Assembly (NCBI GenBank): GCA_964016885.1
Contig: OZ024743.1
Coordinates: 260,276,001-260,340,000, forward strand
Direction of reading: 5' to 3'
Length of the DNA stretch: 64,000 bases
Source: Eledone cirrhosa
Lineage: Eukaryota
In this document: piece by piece, positions 43,532 to 56,843 of the stretch
Numbering within the stretch: position 1 is the stretch's first letter
How the letters are laid out: every line of letters starts with the position of its first letter
Notes under the pieces: generated by a model
What the model was told of the DNA's origin: nothing
The model's input: the letters and a program-made list of their open reading frames with translations, nothing else
Databases searched by the model: none
Program-made: the position numbers and the translations under genes

Positions 43532-44038
43532 AAAATACAACAGGGCAAACGAGGAAGGCCTCTTTGTGGTCGCAATAAACGATCCTTATTACACCGCCCT
43601 TCACCACCCAACTTTACTATACCCCTCCATCCCACTACACCACCAAGACTCCTCACTATACTGCCACTGCCACACACTCCAGCACTACCATCTCCCACTA
43701 CACAGCCAGTATCCCCATTACACAGCCAGCATCCCGCACTACACCATTCCACTACACAACCACTAACGCCACCACCATACCACTACATCTCTACAATTGT
43801 CTGGTCTGGTGATAATGTAAGCAATTGTTAGTTGTTTATTTACCTTCATCAAACATTTATCTGAGAAGTGGTTTACCTGTCCACAGAAACAGTAAACTCT
43901 CCCTTCCACTCACACCCTCAACTCACAGCCTCCACTCATCCTTCTACTCTCTCCCACACGCCCTTCCAATCCCTTCTCCACTCACCCTCACCGCTTGCAC
44001 CCTTATATATATATATATATATGTGTATATATATATAT

Positions 44039-44139
<101 letters not shown>

Positions 44140-44220
44140 CATACGCACACACACATACATATATAAATATATATATATATACACACACACATACACACAC
44201 ATACACACACATATATATAT

Positions 44221-44279
<59 letters not shown>

Positions 44280-44565
44280 ATATACCCGTGATCTGAGATC
44301 TAATTATATCTTCTACAATGATTAGGTATTGCGGTTCCTTTTCCTCTTCTTGTTTTATTTTGTTGAGTTTGTTATTGCTGTTGTTGTTGCTGCTGTCGTC
44401 GTTGTCGTTGTAGTTGTTGCTGTTGTTGTTGTTGTTGTTTTTTTTTTTTACTTTTCCTGCAGTACGGTGTCACGTGCTACTTATTTAGAATTTCACCTAC
44501 ATTGACTACTTCTCTCTGACATCCCAAGTAAGCACGGCCACAACAACAACAGTCCCAACAGCAAC

Positions 44566-44602
<37 letters not shown>

Positions 44603-44603
44603 T

Positions 44604-44717
<114 letters not shown>

Positions 44718-44901
44718 ATATATATATATACATATATATATATACATATATATATAAATGTATGTGTGTTCGTGTATATGTGTGTCTGTGTGTTTGTATG
44801 TGTGCATGTGGTATTTATCGCCTTTCTCCTGATTTCCTTTTCTGTATTGACTCACCTTAACGCGAATTCTTTTGGACAGCGTACCAATAGCACTACTACT
44901 A

Positions 44902-44942
<41 letters not shown>

Positions 44943-44999
44943 ACTACTACTACTACTATTCAAAATCAACAACAATATCAACAACTACTGTAATAAACA

Positions 45000-46441
45000 A
45001 ATACCTGAAAACAGAGAAAGACAGGAGTGTAAGGTGACATAACAAGTATTGCGTCAGTTTAAACAAGGATTTACACTTTTATTTTAAAATATATCCGGAA
45101 ACAAGGAATCGGAAACATTTTCCTGTATTTACAAACGTTGGAAATATATAATCCTAGTTTAACATTGTCCCAGGATCGACAATAAAAATCAAAAAGGATA
45201 TTTGTTAAAGAAAACTTGCAAACTAGAAAAATCGAAGCAAAAGAAAAAGTTCGTTTCGTATTATCTACGTGTATCTACGTACCTGGTTTATCTACGAAGA
45301 TTGGTTTCAATGGTATCTCAGTATCAAGAACGATACTCAAAAAGGAAAACTTGATATTGAATTAGTGTCTATGTATGTATATATTCGATGAAATTATGAT
45401 TGTTGGATTAACTGGCACAACCTCAGTGTAATAAGGATATTTCCTTCATCAACATTTAGCTTTTCATTTGAAGCTATGGAACGCCAAAGCAGGTGGGAAT
45501 CGAACTCAACAAAAGTTTATTAACAAACTTGATAATAAAACTAAAATCAACCTAAAACTGGTTCTCTACTACTCCAGCCATTGACACTATATGTCTTCAG
45601 ACGAGTTTTACATCTAATATCCACAAATCCTACATTGGTACATGGCCAGAAGTAATTGACAGAAAGATACACTCAACCAATTCGACTCCGGGTATGTCAC
45701 ACGTATGAAAGGAATTGTCGACCTTGGCGGGATTTTAAAACAGAACGTAAATAGATGTTATTAAATACCGCAAATATATATTTGATTCATCGCTTCGCCG
45801 CCATTTTGATAATTGTGATATCGAGGACGATAACTCTAGATGGATAATACTATTTCATCTTCGTCACAAGGGGATATTTGTCAAACCTTATTTTAATATA
45901 AAAATTCTGATTTATGTGAATAATTCCATGGAATATAAAATATACTTTAATGATTATTCTATGTTCATTCATATACATTTGTTTTCAATCAATTCAAATT
46001 TATAATGAATATATTTCAAAATAAACTATTACAGTTTTGTTGGGGATGTCAAACAGATACAGTCAATGCAAAGGATAAATAAAGAAAACATCTACCTAAA
46101 CAGTGGGTAAAATGTATTAATAATACAGAAGATCGATACCACACAACTTTCATCTAAAACAGACAACTGTCCATAAAGTAAGATATGTTTTACAATATAT
46201 TGAACTCCTAATGTGTACATACCATATAACCCTTTACTCTATAAATACTATTACATTTTTACGGTAAAGGCTTTATCTCATATTATTATCTCACATAATA
46301 TCGAATCTATGAGATTTTGATATCATTTATTTTGAGAACAATATTTTAACATCAGAAGGACGGCCGGTTACAGCCGGTTTGAACAGAAAGAGGTAAAAGA
46401 ATTCTGGCAGGATACGGCCTGTTTAATTGCTAAAGGGATAA
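45000..46441 (+). pseudogene. Highly decayed piggyBac-like DNA transposon relic
   Basis: Residual motifs FDEIMI (~45384, cf. IDESM) and YKIYFNDY (~45934, cf. YxLYFDNF). It ends in ...GCTAAAGGG-ATAA, like a piggyBac GGG-TTAA terminus. A degenerate SINE lies inside at ~45670-45800. Confidence 0.45.
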
Positions 46442-46534
46442 ACTCATACATACGTATACATGCATTCAAACATACACACATACACACAGAGAGAAAGGGG
46501 GAGAGAGGGGAAGAGAAAGAAAGAGAGAGAGAGA

Positions 46535-46599
<65 letters not shown>

Positions 46600-46675
46600 A
46601 ATTAAATACTTAATTTGTTAATAAACTCTAAATCACTCAGCCTATCATAAACTATATATGATATTATGTTGCGTT

Positions 46676-47160
46676 ATCGGACGCCATGCTTTGCAGCACA
46701 GTTACGTCCCTTTATGGTCTGAGTTCAAATCCCGCCGAGGTTAACTTTGCCTTTCATCCTTACGGGGTCGATAGAATAAAGTACCAGTAATGTACTGGGT
46801 AATTGCTGGCCTTGTGCCAAAAGTAGAAACAATTATTACAAACAATACTTGACGAAAATTTACCTTGACTTAAATCAAACACAGGCGTCGAATTGGTAGG
46901 GTCGTTAGATCCTCGGGTCAAATGCTTTACGATATTCGAGGTCAACTTTGCTTTTGATCTTTTCGAAAGCGATAAAAAAAAGTACAAGTCCTATGCGGCG
47001 TCAATTCTTCCAATATATCTCTTTCTCACTTCCTCTCTATCACTCTCATTTCCTCCTTCTATCGTAGAAATCTGCTGTGTTCAGACCCGGAGAGAGATGT
47101 CTCCTCAAGAAACACTGTCCGTTACTACGGCGCCCCTACTCCGCCCATCAGGAGCCACGA
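46676..47160 (+). mobile_element. S1 SINE (46676-46832) followed by a degenerate S2 SINE (~46885-47160)
   Basis: Shares S1 and S2 motifs. Confidence 0.7.
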
Positions 47161-47180
47161 GTACATACATATATACATAC

Positions 47181-47622
47181 ATGGTGGCTGCAAACTCTGC
47201 TAAGAGTATTGCAATGGCTTGTCAGATTACAGAAAATGGTGCACCTTTAGGCTACGGCCAGTCATACAAATCCTGAACAAGCAATGCTTGTGCTTTGAAG
47301 GTTTTTTAAGTGGGGAAACACTACCCGAAAAAGAGAATTGGTTGACATCATCAGATGCTTCCGAAGCCGAAGGTTTTTTTTTCAGAGTTTCCCTCTCCTA
47401 GAAAGGTGTTATGACAACAACTGGGCTTTCACTCCCAGGTGAAATAAAACAAAACAAAACAAAAAAACTACTATTTGGATGGCCGTTGAGTTCCTCCGCC
47501 CTTTGCCGGGTCTTATATTTCATCCTGCAGGTCGCTCACAAGTGCTAATGGTAACATGTAACCCAGTACAACCTGTCTCATAGTCGGGTCGTCGGACGGG
47601 CAACTCCACCAAGTTTGCTTGG
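47181..47622 (-). mobile_element. Divergent family N retroelement copy with inverted 5' segment
   Basis: Starts ATGGTGGCTGC after (TACA)n like the other copies. 47542-47622 matches the family 5' end in the opposite orientation, followed by (TACA)n. Confidence 0.65.
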
Positions 47623-47837
47623 ATACATACATACATACCTATTATTCTTACATGCCTTTAATTGTTTTACTGGTTTCACTTATTGGACTGCAATCAAACT
47701 GAGACTCCGTCGTCAATGATTTACAGCTAAATACCTATTTTATCGATCTGTATTTATCGGACCACTAAGTTACCGGGCATAACATAATGTCACACAACAC
47801 AAACACACATAAACTCATACCAACCAATGTGTGTATG

Positions 47838-47953
<116 letters not shown>

Positions 47954-48201
47954 GGGATGTAGGATACTCAAGATTAAAAAATAACTGCAGTTGCTATGAA
48001 AATATCTTATAAGAATTTCTATAACAACTGACTTTCATTGCAGTTATTTCCCACGCCTGGGCATCCTATATTCTCTTATGTATATATATTTCCTCGACGC
48101 TACGTAAGTTTGAAAATTTGAGCTTTACACACGACGTTTGTTTACATTTTCAAAAGCTGCTGTTTCACCTTTTTAATTTAGACGGCATGATGTTGGCTGG
48201 T

Positions 48202-48272
48202 GCCCCTTAGCTTAATGGATAGAGAAACTAGTTGGTATCTGAGCGATACAGCGTTCGATTCGTCGTAGCGAC
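48202..48272 (+). pseudogene. tRNA-like sequence (tRNA pseudogene or SINE head)
   Basis: A-box TAGCTTAATGG and B-box GTTCGATTC at tRNA-like spacing. The D and T arms partly pair, but the acceptor stem does not. Confidence 0.45.
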
Positions 48273-48409
48273 TGCTGACATTTCTTCTGTCTCTAAGATT
48301 TTATTCGATTTTTATAAACTATTTTCATAGCATTTTACTGTGATTGCAGTTATTTTCTGCGACTGAGCATCCTACATTTTCTCTTTATTTTCTTCACACA
48401 AGACGTTTG

Positions 48410-48487
<78 letters not shown>

Positions 48488-48823
48488 CGTCTGCTAATAT
48501 GCAGATCTGACTGATCAGGCAGTTTGCTGATATGCAAATGAGGCCGATTAGTCACTGTATATTTTAGAAAATATATATTTTCACTAGCTCTGACAGTAGG
48601 CAGGTAAGCATTATACTGCACCAATGAAAGGTAATCATCCAGAAACATTAGTGTCTGCAGTACTGTTTATATGCCAACTCAAGAGCAGGAATGATGGCGT
48701 CATTCTACTGACATGGCTTAAAAGAGGCTATTTGCAAACGAATCGAATATTATTATTAATATTTGAAAACCTCAGATTACATTTATTGTATTCACCCATG
48801 TAGAGTGATAAACTATTTGCTTG

Positions 48824-48870
<47 letters not shown>

Positions 48871-49131
48871 TATGGACGAGGTGTCAAATCTTCATTAAGT
48901 TTAGAGAGAGACGTCGCGCACCGTTTTCTCCCTTTGTCAGTTGATGCTCTTGGGACACTTTTCGATCTTTATTGGTGTAATTCGCTGAAAGGAATATCTT
49001 ACCCTGTCCTTGTCTCTATCCGTTTTGAAACGGCCCAATGTTCACTAGAATAAACACTACCGACCTTAATGCACAAAACTTTTTCGGTTGTTTTTTTCCA
49101 TCGTCTTTGTTATGAGCACCCCCACCCTGTT

Positions 49132-49178
<47 letters not shown>

Positions 49179-49429
49179 GGGTTCGGTATCTAGGATTCCA
49201 TTATCCAATGTGTCATTCGCCTCATTAGATGATAGAGTGTAATTAGTGGGAAATTTGTCAGCTAAAATTAGCATCTAATTCTAGCAGGTTGGCTGACCAG
49301 ACAGCATTGTTGCCTAAAGTGTAGTATAGTATTTTATGATAGTAAATAAAATACTGTGTACTTTCTTAAATACTTATTTTACGTCATAAGATAGATAGTT
49401 TTATTGTTTTAAATGTATACAATTCCTAG

Positions 49430-49719
49430 AGTTGTTAGAACGTGGGGATAAAATGCTTTGCCGTATTCGTTCTAGCTCTCTGTATTTAAATCACATCGAG
49501 GTCAAATTGGCCTTTCTTCGTTTTACGATCGATAGAAGTATCAGTCCAGTACAGGGGTCAATTCTTTCCTATAACTCTTTCTCACTGCCTCATTCTTTCT
49601 CTGGAACAAATCGCGTGTGTTTAGACGTGGATAGAAGATGAGCTCTCCCAGGATTTTTAAATACTCAGGAAATGCTGTATGTCACTACGGCGACTCTACA
49701 ACTCTATCAGGAATTACGG

Positions 49720-49721
<2 letters not shown>
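49430..49721 (+). mobile_element. Degenerate long S2 SINE upstream of the GPCR
   Basis: S2 tail GGGGTCAATTCTT...GTATGTCACTACGGCGAC...GAATTACGGG. Confidence 0.6.
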
Positions 49722-49759
<38 letters not shown>

Positions 49760-49790
49760 ACACACAGACACACACACAGACACACACACA

Positions 49791-49877
<87 letters not shown>

Positions 49878-50241
49878 CCTATTTTCTAATAACTAGTATG
49901 CGATATCACGTCATATAACATTTAATGCATAACCTATTATTTTATTCAATGAATTGTAACCTCCGTGTGCAGCTGAAAAGGTTTGAAATATATTTATATC
50001 GTCACATAATATTTTGTATTCGACATTTTCCTTACCCTGAAATTAGTGGCCATATGCTTAAATTAAAAACCATTATTAAAATTTTCACTTCAATTGTTCA
50101 TGGCAAAATAAATCTCCGAGATATAGATTGTGTATGAGTTACACTTTCCTGAAAGCATTCATTTCTTCCTTCTCTTCTTCCGCATCTATCTAATGCCTTA
50201 TATTTATATTGTATCTATTTCTCTTTCGAAAGTTCTTAGCC

Positions 50242-50586
50242 ATGGAATCGTACGACTACACCATCTACGGACTACGCAATTATTACCGAGCTTACAAAGC
50301 AGCGAAATACCACCAAGAACTCTACTATTATTTACTATATATTGCTATCAGCCTTACAGTGACGCTGCCCAACATATTCCTCGCCATTGTACTTCTACGG
50401 AAGACACTAAACAGTGATAGAAGACCATTAGATAAACTCTTATTAAATATCACTATCAGTAGTTCTCTTTGGGGTATATTTGGACATTTAGTCTTCGCAC
50501 ATCTCTATTATTTTCAATGGAATATCGGAGTGGCTTTCTGTAAAGTTTATTGCACCGTGCTCATCGGCTTTGATATTGCATTTCAA
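50242..50586 (+). CDS. Class A (rhodopsin-like) GPCR, coding exon 1 (N-terminus, TM1, TM2, first half of TM3; 115 aa)
   Basis: Kozak-like GCCATGG start. TM1 has LPN (N1.50), ECL1 has QWNIG and C3.25 is in FCKV. Phase-0 donor CAA|GTAAGT at 50586/50587. Confidence 0.85.
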
Positions 50587-50774
50587 GTAAGTAAGCACTT
50601 TAATTCATTATATTTATAACGCTGTTGTTGGTGCTGGTATTGTTGTTTCGTGTGTTTTATGTGAACAATTGAATGAATGGCATCTACCTTGGGAGCAGGA
50701 GTGTACATACATACATACATACATACATACATACATACATACATACATACATACATACATACATACATACATAC

Positions 50775-51384
50775 ATGGTGGCTGCCAACTCGTTTTCGAG
50801 TACGGCCACTACTTTATATCCATGTAGGAGAACCCCTACCGATGCGCTGAACGAGTGTGACTTTTTAGTCCAGCCAGCGACTTGAAAACTCTGGTACAAA
50901 CACTACACTTGTGACAATTATTGACAAATAGTGCTGGGCCCATGTTACCATGTGACGACAAGTGCATAGAGATCTCCAGATATAAAGCAATGCCTGTGCC
51001 GTGAATCTTTTATAGTGAGCAAAGGCACTGCACAAAGCCAGTCGCACTCTCTTAACCAAGATGATATTTACCAAAAAGAAGAACAAGTCAACATCATTGG
51101 ATACCACCAGTGTTGCAGGTGTTATATCAGAGTTTTCCTTCCCCTAGAATTCTGCCTTGACAAAGGCTAAGGGGTCATCTCTCCCGGTGATTTGGGATGG
51201 CTTTTGACTCTTAAGAGCTCCTTTGCCCTTTGACAGGTTTTGTTTTTAGTCCTGAAGCATGTCCAAAGTCACCCTCCTCACCAAGAAACATTGGTGGGGT
51301 TGCCAGTTTAGTCGCCAACGACCCGACCATGGGACAGGTTGTACTGGGATACATGTTACCAGTAGCACCAACTGGTGACCTGAC
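50775..51384 (-). mobile_element. Full-length family N non-autonomous retroelement in (TACA)n
   Basis: Minus strand runs 5' GTCAGGTCACC...GGCAGCCACCAT(GTAT)n 3'. No long ORF. Confidence 0.85.
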
Positions 51385-51434
51385 ATAACATATATACATA
51401 CATATATACACACATACACACATACATACATACC

Positions 51435-51815
51435 TGTGATTATTGGGGAACTGGGATATGTTAGTAACTGCCACAGTACAAATCTCGACCTGGGCGTCAC
51501 AGAAACAGAAAGAACAGTTAGGAAATTACAAGTACAATCCATTAATGGAACAGTAAAAATATGTAAAAATTCTGCATCTAATAACTGCATGTACACATGT
51601 ACAGATACAAAACACATGTACATGCACACTTATAACTCAAAACATCCACATCCACACCTACAATAACATCCATACCTGCACACGCATGCATGCAGATATG
51701 CGTACATATCTACTTAGTTGATGTTGTTTAAATTCCAATTAGAGAGTCTTGTGTCTATGTTAGAAACCGATTCTCTCTCTATTGACCAAAATTTATAAAA
51801 TTATGAAACCAGAAC
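51435..51815 (+). mobile_element. 3' tip of the R4/Dong-like LINE
   Basis: PVIIGELGYV...KLQVQSINGTVKICK plus a 3' UTR matching 55110-55510. It ends in (CATA)n. Confidence 0.8.
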
Positions 51816-52136
51816 ATACATACATATATACTACAATATATATATGCCAATCCGCCTTTACCAAAGTATAACTGAGCTTGGGTTTGTGGAGAAAGGACGT
51901 AGCTCTTTATTTCATAAGCTCCAAATGGCCGCGATATCTGGCACATGCAAAATATGTAAAACATTCTAGATATTCAAAGGATGAACGCTTATACAACTGA
52001 CAATGACAATTTCTTTCTTTAGAACCTTGCCACCGGGAAGAGGGCCGATCAAAAATAAACTGAAAATTAAGAGAAAGAGAGAACATACATACATACATAC
52101 ATTCATTCATATACACACACATACATACATGCATAT

Positions 52137-52739
52137 ATGATGGCTGCCCCCCTCATTATCGAGTATGGCTATTGCACGATATACCATTATTAATAATTAT
52201 TAATTAATTCTAACGTGCAATGCCTGTGCGTGAAGATATTTTTTAAAGTGAGGAAATACATGCACTGAGCCAATCCCACTCTCTGAGCGACAGTAGCTAT
52301 AATCCAAAAAGAAGAAAAGATCAACATCATCGGTAACTACTGAGTCGCAGGTTTTATATCAGTGTCATCCCAATTTCCTGAGTTGCCTTCTCCTAGAAGA
52401 ATGCCCTGACAAAGGCTAGGGGTCCTTCATCCCCAGTGGTTTACTCGCGTGATCGGGTGTCCAGCCCGACTATTTCTATGTCCCCGCGCATATACATGCA
52501 CATGCACCAATGCATATACACATATACATATACACACATATATACATGTGTATATACATATTTACACACTTTTGGATGGCCGTTGACTCTTATGAGCTCT
52601 TCCCTTTTTCAGGTTTTGTTTTTTGTCCTGCAGGGTGTCCAAAATCACACTCCTCACCAAGTAAACTTGGTGGGGTTGCCGGTTTAGTCGTCGACGACCC
52701 GACTATGCGATAGGTTTACTGGGTTACATGTTACCAGTA
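52137..52739 (-). mobile_element. Divergent subfamily of family N (5'-truncated)
   Basis: Shares blocks (GACAAAGGCTA, TTTGGATGGCC, GACGACCCGAC) but has a different 3' end. That end also occurs as short duplicated stubs at ~56336-56490. Confidence 0.7.
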
Positions 52740-52768
52740 TACACATATATACATCCATCCATACATAC

Positions 52769-53289
52769 ATGGTGGCTACCAACTCGTTTTCGAGTACGGC
52801 CACTACTTTATATCCATGTAGGAGAACTCCTACCGATGCGCTGAACGAGTGTGACTTTTTAGTCCAGCTAGCGACTTGAAACTCTGGTACAAACACTACA
52901 CCTGTGACAATTATTGCCACATAGTGCTGGGCCCATGGTACCATGTGACGACAAGTGCAGAGAGATCTCCAGATATAAAGCAATGCCTCTGCCGTGAAGC
53001 TTTTATAGTGAGCAAAGGCACTGCACAAAGCCAGTCCCACTCTCTTAACCAAGATGATATTTACCAAAAAGAAAAACAAGTCAACATCATTGGATACCAA
53101 CAGGTCCTAGAATTCTGCCTTGACAAAGGCTAAGGGTCATCTCTCCCGGTGATTTTGGATGGCCATTGACTCTTAAGAGCTCCTTTTCCCTTTGACAGAT
53201 TTTGTTTTTAGTCCTGCAGGGTGTCCAAAGTCACCCTCCTCACCAAGAAACCTTGGTGGGGTTGCCAGTTTAGTCGCCAACGACCCGAC
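52769..53289 (-). mobile_element. Family N copy (5'-truncated, small internal deletion)
   Basis: Near-identical to 50775-51384 and flanked by (TACA)n. Confidence 0.85.
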
Positions 53290-53361
53290 ATGCATACATA
53301 CATACATACATACATACATACATACATACATACATACATACATACATACATACATACATAC

Positions 53362-53971
53362 ATGGTGGCTGCCAACTCGTTTTCGAGTACGGCCACTACT
53401 TTATATCCATGTAGGAGAACCCCTATCGATGTGCTGAACGAGTGTGACTTTTTAGTCCAGCCAGCGACTTGAAAACTCTGGTACAAACACTACACTTGTG
53501 ACAATTATTGACACATAGTGCTGGGCCCATGGTACCATGTGACGACAAGTGCAGAGAGATCTCCAGATATAAAGCAATGCCTGTGCCGTGAAGCTTTTAT
53601 AGTGAGCAAAGGCACTGCACAAAGCCAGTACCACTCTCTTAACCAAGATGGTATTTACCAAAAAGAAGAACAAGTCAACATCATTGGATACCATCAGGGT
53701 TGCAGGTGTTATATCAGAGTTTTCCTTCTCCTAGAATTCTGCCTTGACAAAGGCTAAGGTGTCATCTCTCCCGGTGATTTTGGATGGCCATTGACTCTGA
53801 AGAGCACCTTTGCCCTTTGACAGGTTTTGTTTTTAGTCCTGCAGGATGTCCAAAGTCACCCTCCTCACCAAGAAACCTTGGTGGAGTTGCCAGTTTAGTC
53901 GCCAACGACCCGACCATGGGACAGGTTGTACAGGGATACATGTTACCAGTAGCACCAAGTGGTGACCTGAC
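53362..53971 (-). mobile_element. Full-length family N copy
   Basis: Same termini as 50775-51384, with (TACA)n on both sides. Confidence 0.85.
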
Positions 53972-54047
53972 ATACATACATACATACATACATACATACA
54001 TACATACATACATACATACATACATACATACATACATACATACATAC

Positions 54048-55510
54048 AAAACAGTGGCTCACAATGTGTTTGCTGTGCCTGTCCTAACGCCAACGTTTGG
54101 AATACTCAATTGGACGATAGACGAAATCCGAGCAGTTGATGTTGGAACTCGAAAAATACTAAACAACACCGGAAACTTCCACATCAACAGTGACATAGAC
54201 CGCCTTTACTTGAAACGTCAGCAGGGAGGCAGAGGCCTAACATAAGTCCAGACAACATTTGAATGTCGCATCATATCTCTCCTACAACATCTACGAACCT
54301 CGAAGCGTAGGAGCCCGTTTCTCGAGCAAGTCTATCTGCATGAAACAGATAAGATCATGAGAGTTGGGAAGGAACTCCTCGAGAGATATTCCCTGTGTGA
54401 AAATCAAAAACTCACACCCAGGGAAGTCGCTCAGCAGTATCGCAGTGAATCCATGGATGAAAAACTGCATGCTTATCAGCAAACATTCATGCATGGATAT
54501 GTTGCCAGGAAGCTCCAGAGTGATAGTAATATAGATAAGGAAAGTCTATCTTGGACCAACAGCCGCTATATTGGCTCCCACTTTGAAGGATACGCTTTTG
54601 CAATCCAAGAACAGGAAATTAACACGAAATACCTGATTCACAAAAGAGATAGGGATGCAGGCAAAACACCTAGATGTGATAACAAGTGCAGACTATGCAG
54701 AATTCACATCGAGGATATCACCCATGTCATCAACAGTTGTCCAAAGATGTCATCGCGGTACTATCTACCTATGAGGCATTATGTAGTGGCCCAAACACTG
54801 TACAATGCAGTTCGTAAAACTATAGCCCCGATAATAAACACATTAAAAGCTACAGCAATGTGGAAGTCATCCATGTACATAATATGAAAGAGTACTAGTG
54901 GAATGTTCCAGTAAAAACCCCAATAAAATGCAGGCATAACAGACCAGATATTATGATACGGGACAGGGAAAAGAAAGCATGCACAGTAGTGGAAATTAGC
55001 TGCCCAGCAGATGCCAATATAATATTAAAGATAGGTGAAAAGGAAAATATTTATGCAGAACTGATGAGAAATCTGCAGATACTCCACCCTGATTACACCT
55101 TCAGATTAATGCCTGTGATTATTGGGGCACTGGGGTATTGGGGCACTGGGGTAACTGCCTCAATACAAATCTTGAGAAGCTAGGCTTCACAGGAACAGAA
55201 AGAACACAACTAATTAGGAAATTACAAGTGCAATCCATTAATGGAACAGTAAAAATATATAAAATATTCCAAAAATTTTGCATCTAATAACTGCATATAC
55301 ACATGTACAGATACAAAGCATATACACATGCACACATACAACTCAAAACATCCACATCCACACATACAATTACATCCATATCTACACATGCAGACATGCA
55401 TACATAATCTACCTAGTTGATGTTGCGTAAATTCCAATGAGAGAGTCTTCTGTTTATGTTAGAAACCAACTCTCTCTATTAGTAAAACTTTGTGAAATTA
55501 TAAAACCATG
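54048..55510 (+). mobile_element. 5'-truncated R4/Dong-like non-LTR retrotransposon (post-RT region, CCHC knuckle, RLE), frameshifted, in (TACA)n
   Basis: Contains FAVPVLTPTFGILNW...DIDRLYLKRQQGGRGL, FAIQEQEINTKY, CRLCRIHIEDITHVINSC...MRH and NRPDIMIRD...VVEISCP...EKENIY...PVIIGALG. Confidence 0.85.
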
Positions 55511-55575
55511 CATACATACATACATACATACATACATACATACATACATACATACATACATACATACATACATAC

Positions 55576-56186
55576 ATGGTGGCTGCCAACTCGTTTTCGA
55601 GTACCGCCACTACTTTATATCCATGTAGGAGAACGCCTACCGATGCGCTGAACGAGTGTGACTTTTTAGTCCAGCCAGCGACTTGAAAACTCTGGTACAA
55701 ACACTACACTTGTGACAATTATTGACACATAGTGCTGGGCCCATGTTACCATGTGACAACAAGTGCAGAGAGATCTCCAGAAATAAAGCAATGCCTGTGC
55801 CGTGAAGCTTTTATAGTGAGCAAAGGCACTGCACAAAGCCAGTCGCACTCTCTTAACCAAGATGATATTTACCAAAAAGAAGAACAAGTCAACATCATTG
55901 GATACCATCAGGGTTGCAGGTGTTATATCAGAGTTTTCCTTCCCCTAGAATTCTGCCTTGACAAAGGCTAAGGGGTCATCTCTCCCAGTGATTTTGGATG
56001 GCCATTGACTCTTAAGAGTTCCTTTGCACTTTTGACAGGTTTTGTTGTTAGTCCTGCAGGATGTCCAAAGTCACCCTCCTCACCAAGAAACCTTGGTGGG
56101 GTTGCCAGTTTAGTCGCCAACGACCCGACCATGAGACAGGTTGTACTGGGATACATGTTACCAGTAGCACCAACTGGTGACCTGAC
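55576..56186 (-). mobile_element. Full-length family N copy
   Basis: Same termini, with (TACA)n flanks. Confidence 0.85.
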
Positions 56187-56530
56187 ATACATACATACAT
56201 ACATACATACATACATACATACATACATAGATACATACATACATACATGCATGCATGTATGTATGTATGTATGTATGTATGTATGTATGTATGTATGTAT
56301 GTATGTATGTATGTATGTATGCATGCATGCATGCATGATGGCTGCCCCCTCGTTATCGATTATGTCCATTGCACGAAAAGAAAAACCATAATAACGACAA
56401 TTATAATAACAATATTAAAGTGTCAATGCATGCATGCATGCATGTATGATGGCTGCCCCCTCGTTATCGATTATGTCCATTGCACGAAAAGAAAAACCAT
56501 AATAACGACAATTATAAAAACAATATTAAA

Positions 56531-56715
56531 TGTTTCTATTTTGGGCACAAGGCCAGCAATAATCCAGTACATTACTGGTACTTTATCTTATCGATCCCGT
56601 AAAGATGAAAGGCAAAGTTAACCTCGGCGGGATTTGAACTCAGACCATAAAGGCTCGTAACTCTTTGCTGCAAAGCATGGCGTCCGATCCCCTTCTGATA
56701 CTGCCAATCCACCAC
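56531..56715 (-). mobile_element. S1 SINE
   Basis: Same unit as 331-518. Confidence 0.85.
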
Positions 56716-56796
56716 CCATCATAACAATAATAATAATAATAATAAATATATATATATATATACACACATACACACACACATATCTATATATACATA

Positions 56797-56843
<47 letters not shown>

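Noticed and set aside
48202-48272. Functional tRNA gene
   Set aside because: The acceptor stem does not pair and the anticodon stem is weak. Kept only as a tRNA-like relic.
50865-51107. Recurrent 80-aa ORF MVSNDVDLFFF... as a multicopy gene family
   Set aside because: It recurs only because it lies in young family N repeat copies. It has a non-ATG start, and the frame changes in the 52684 copy.
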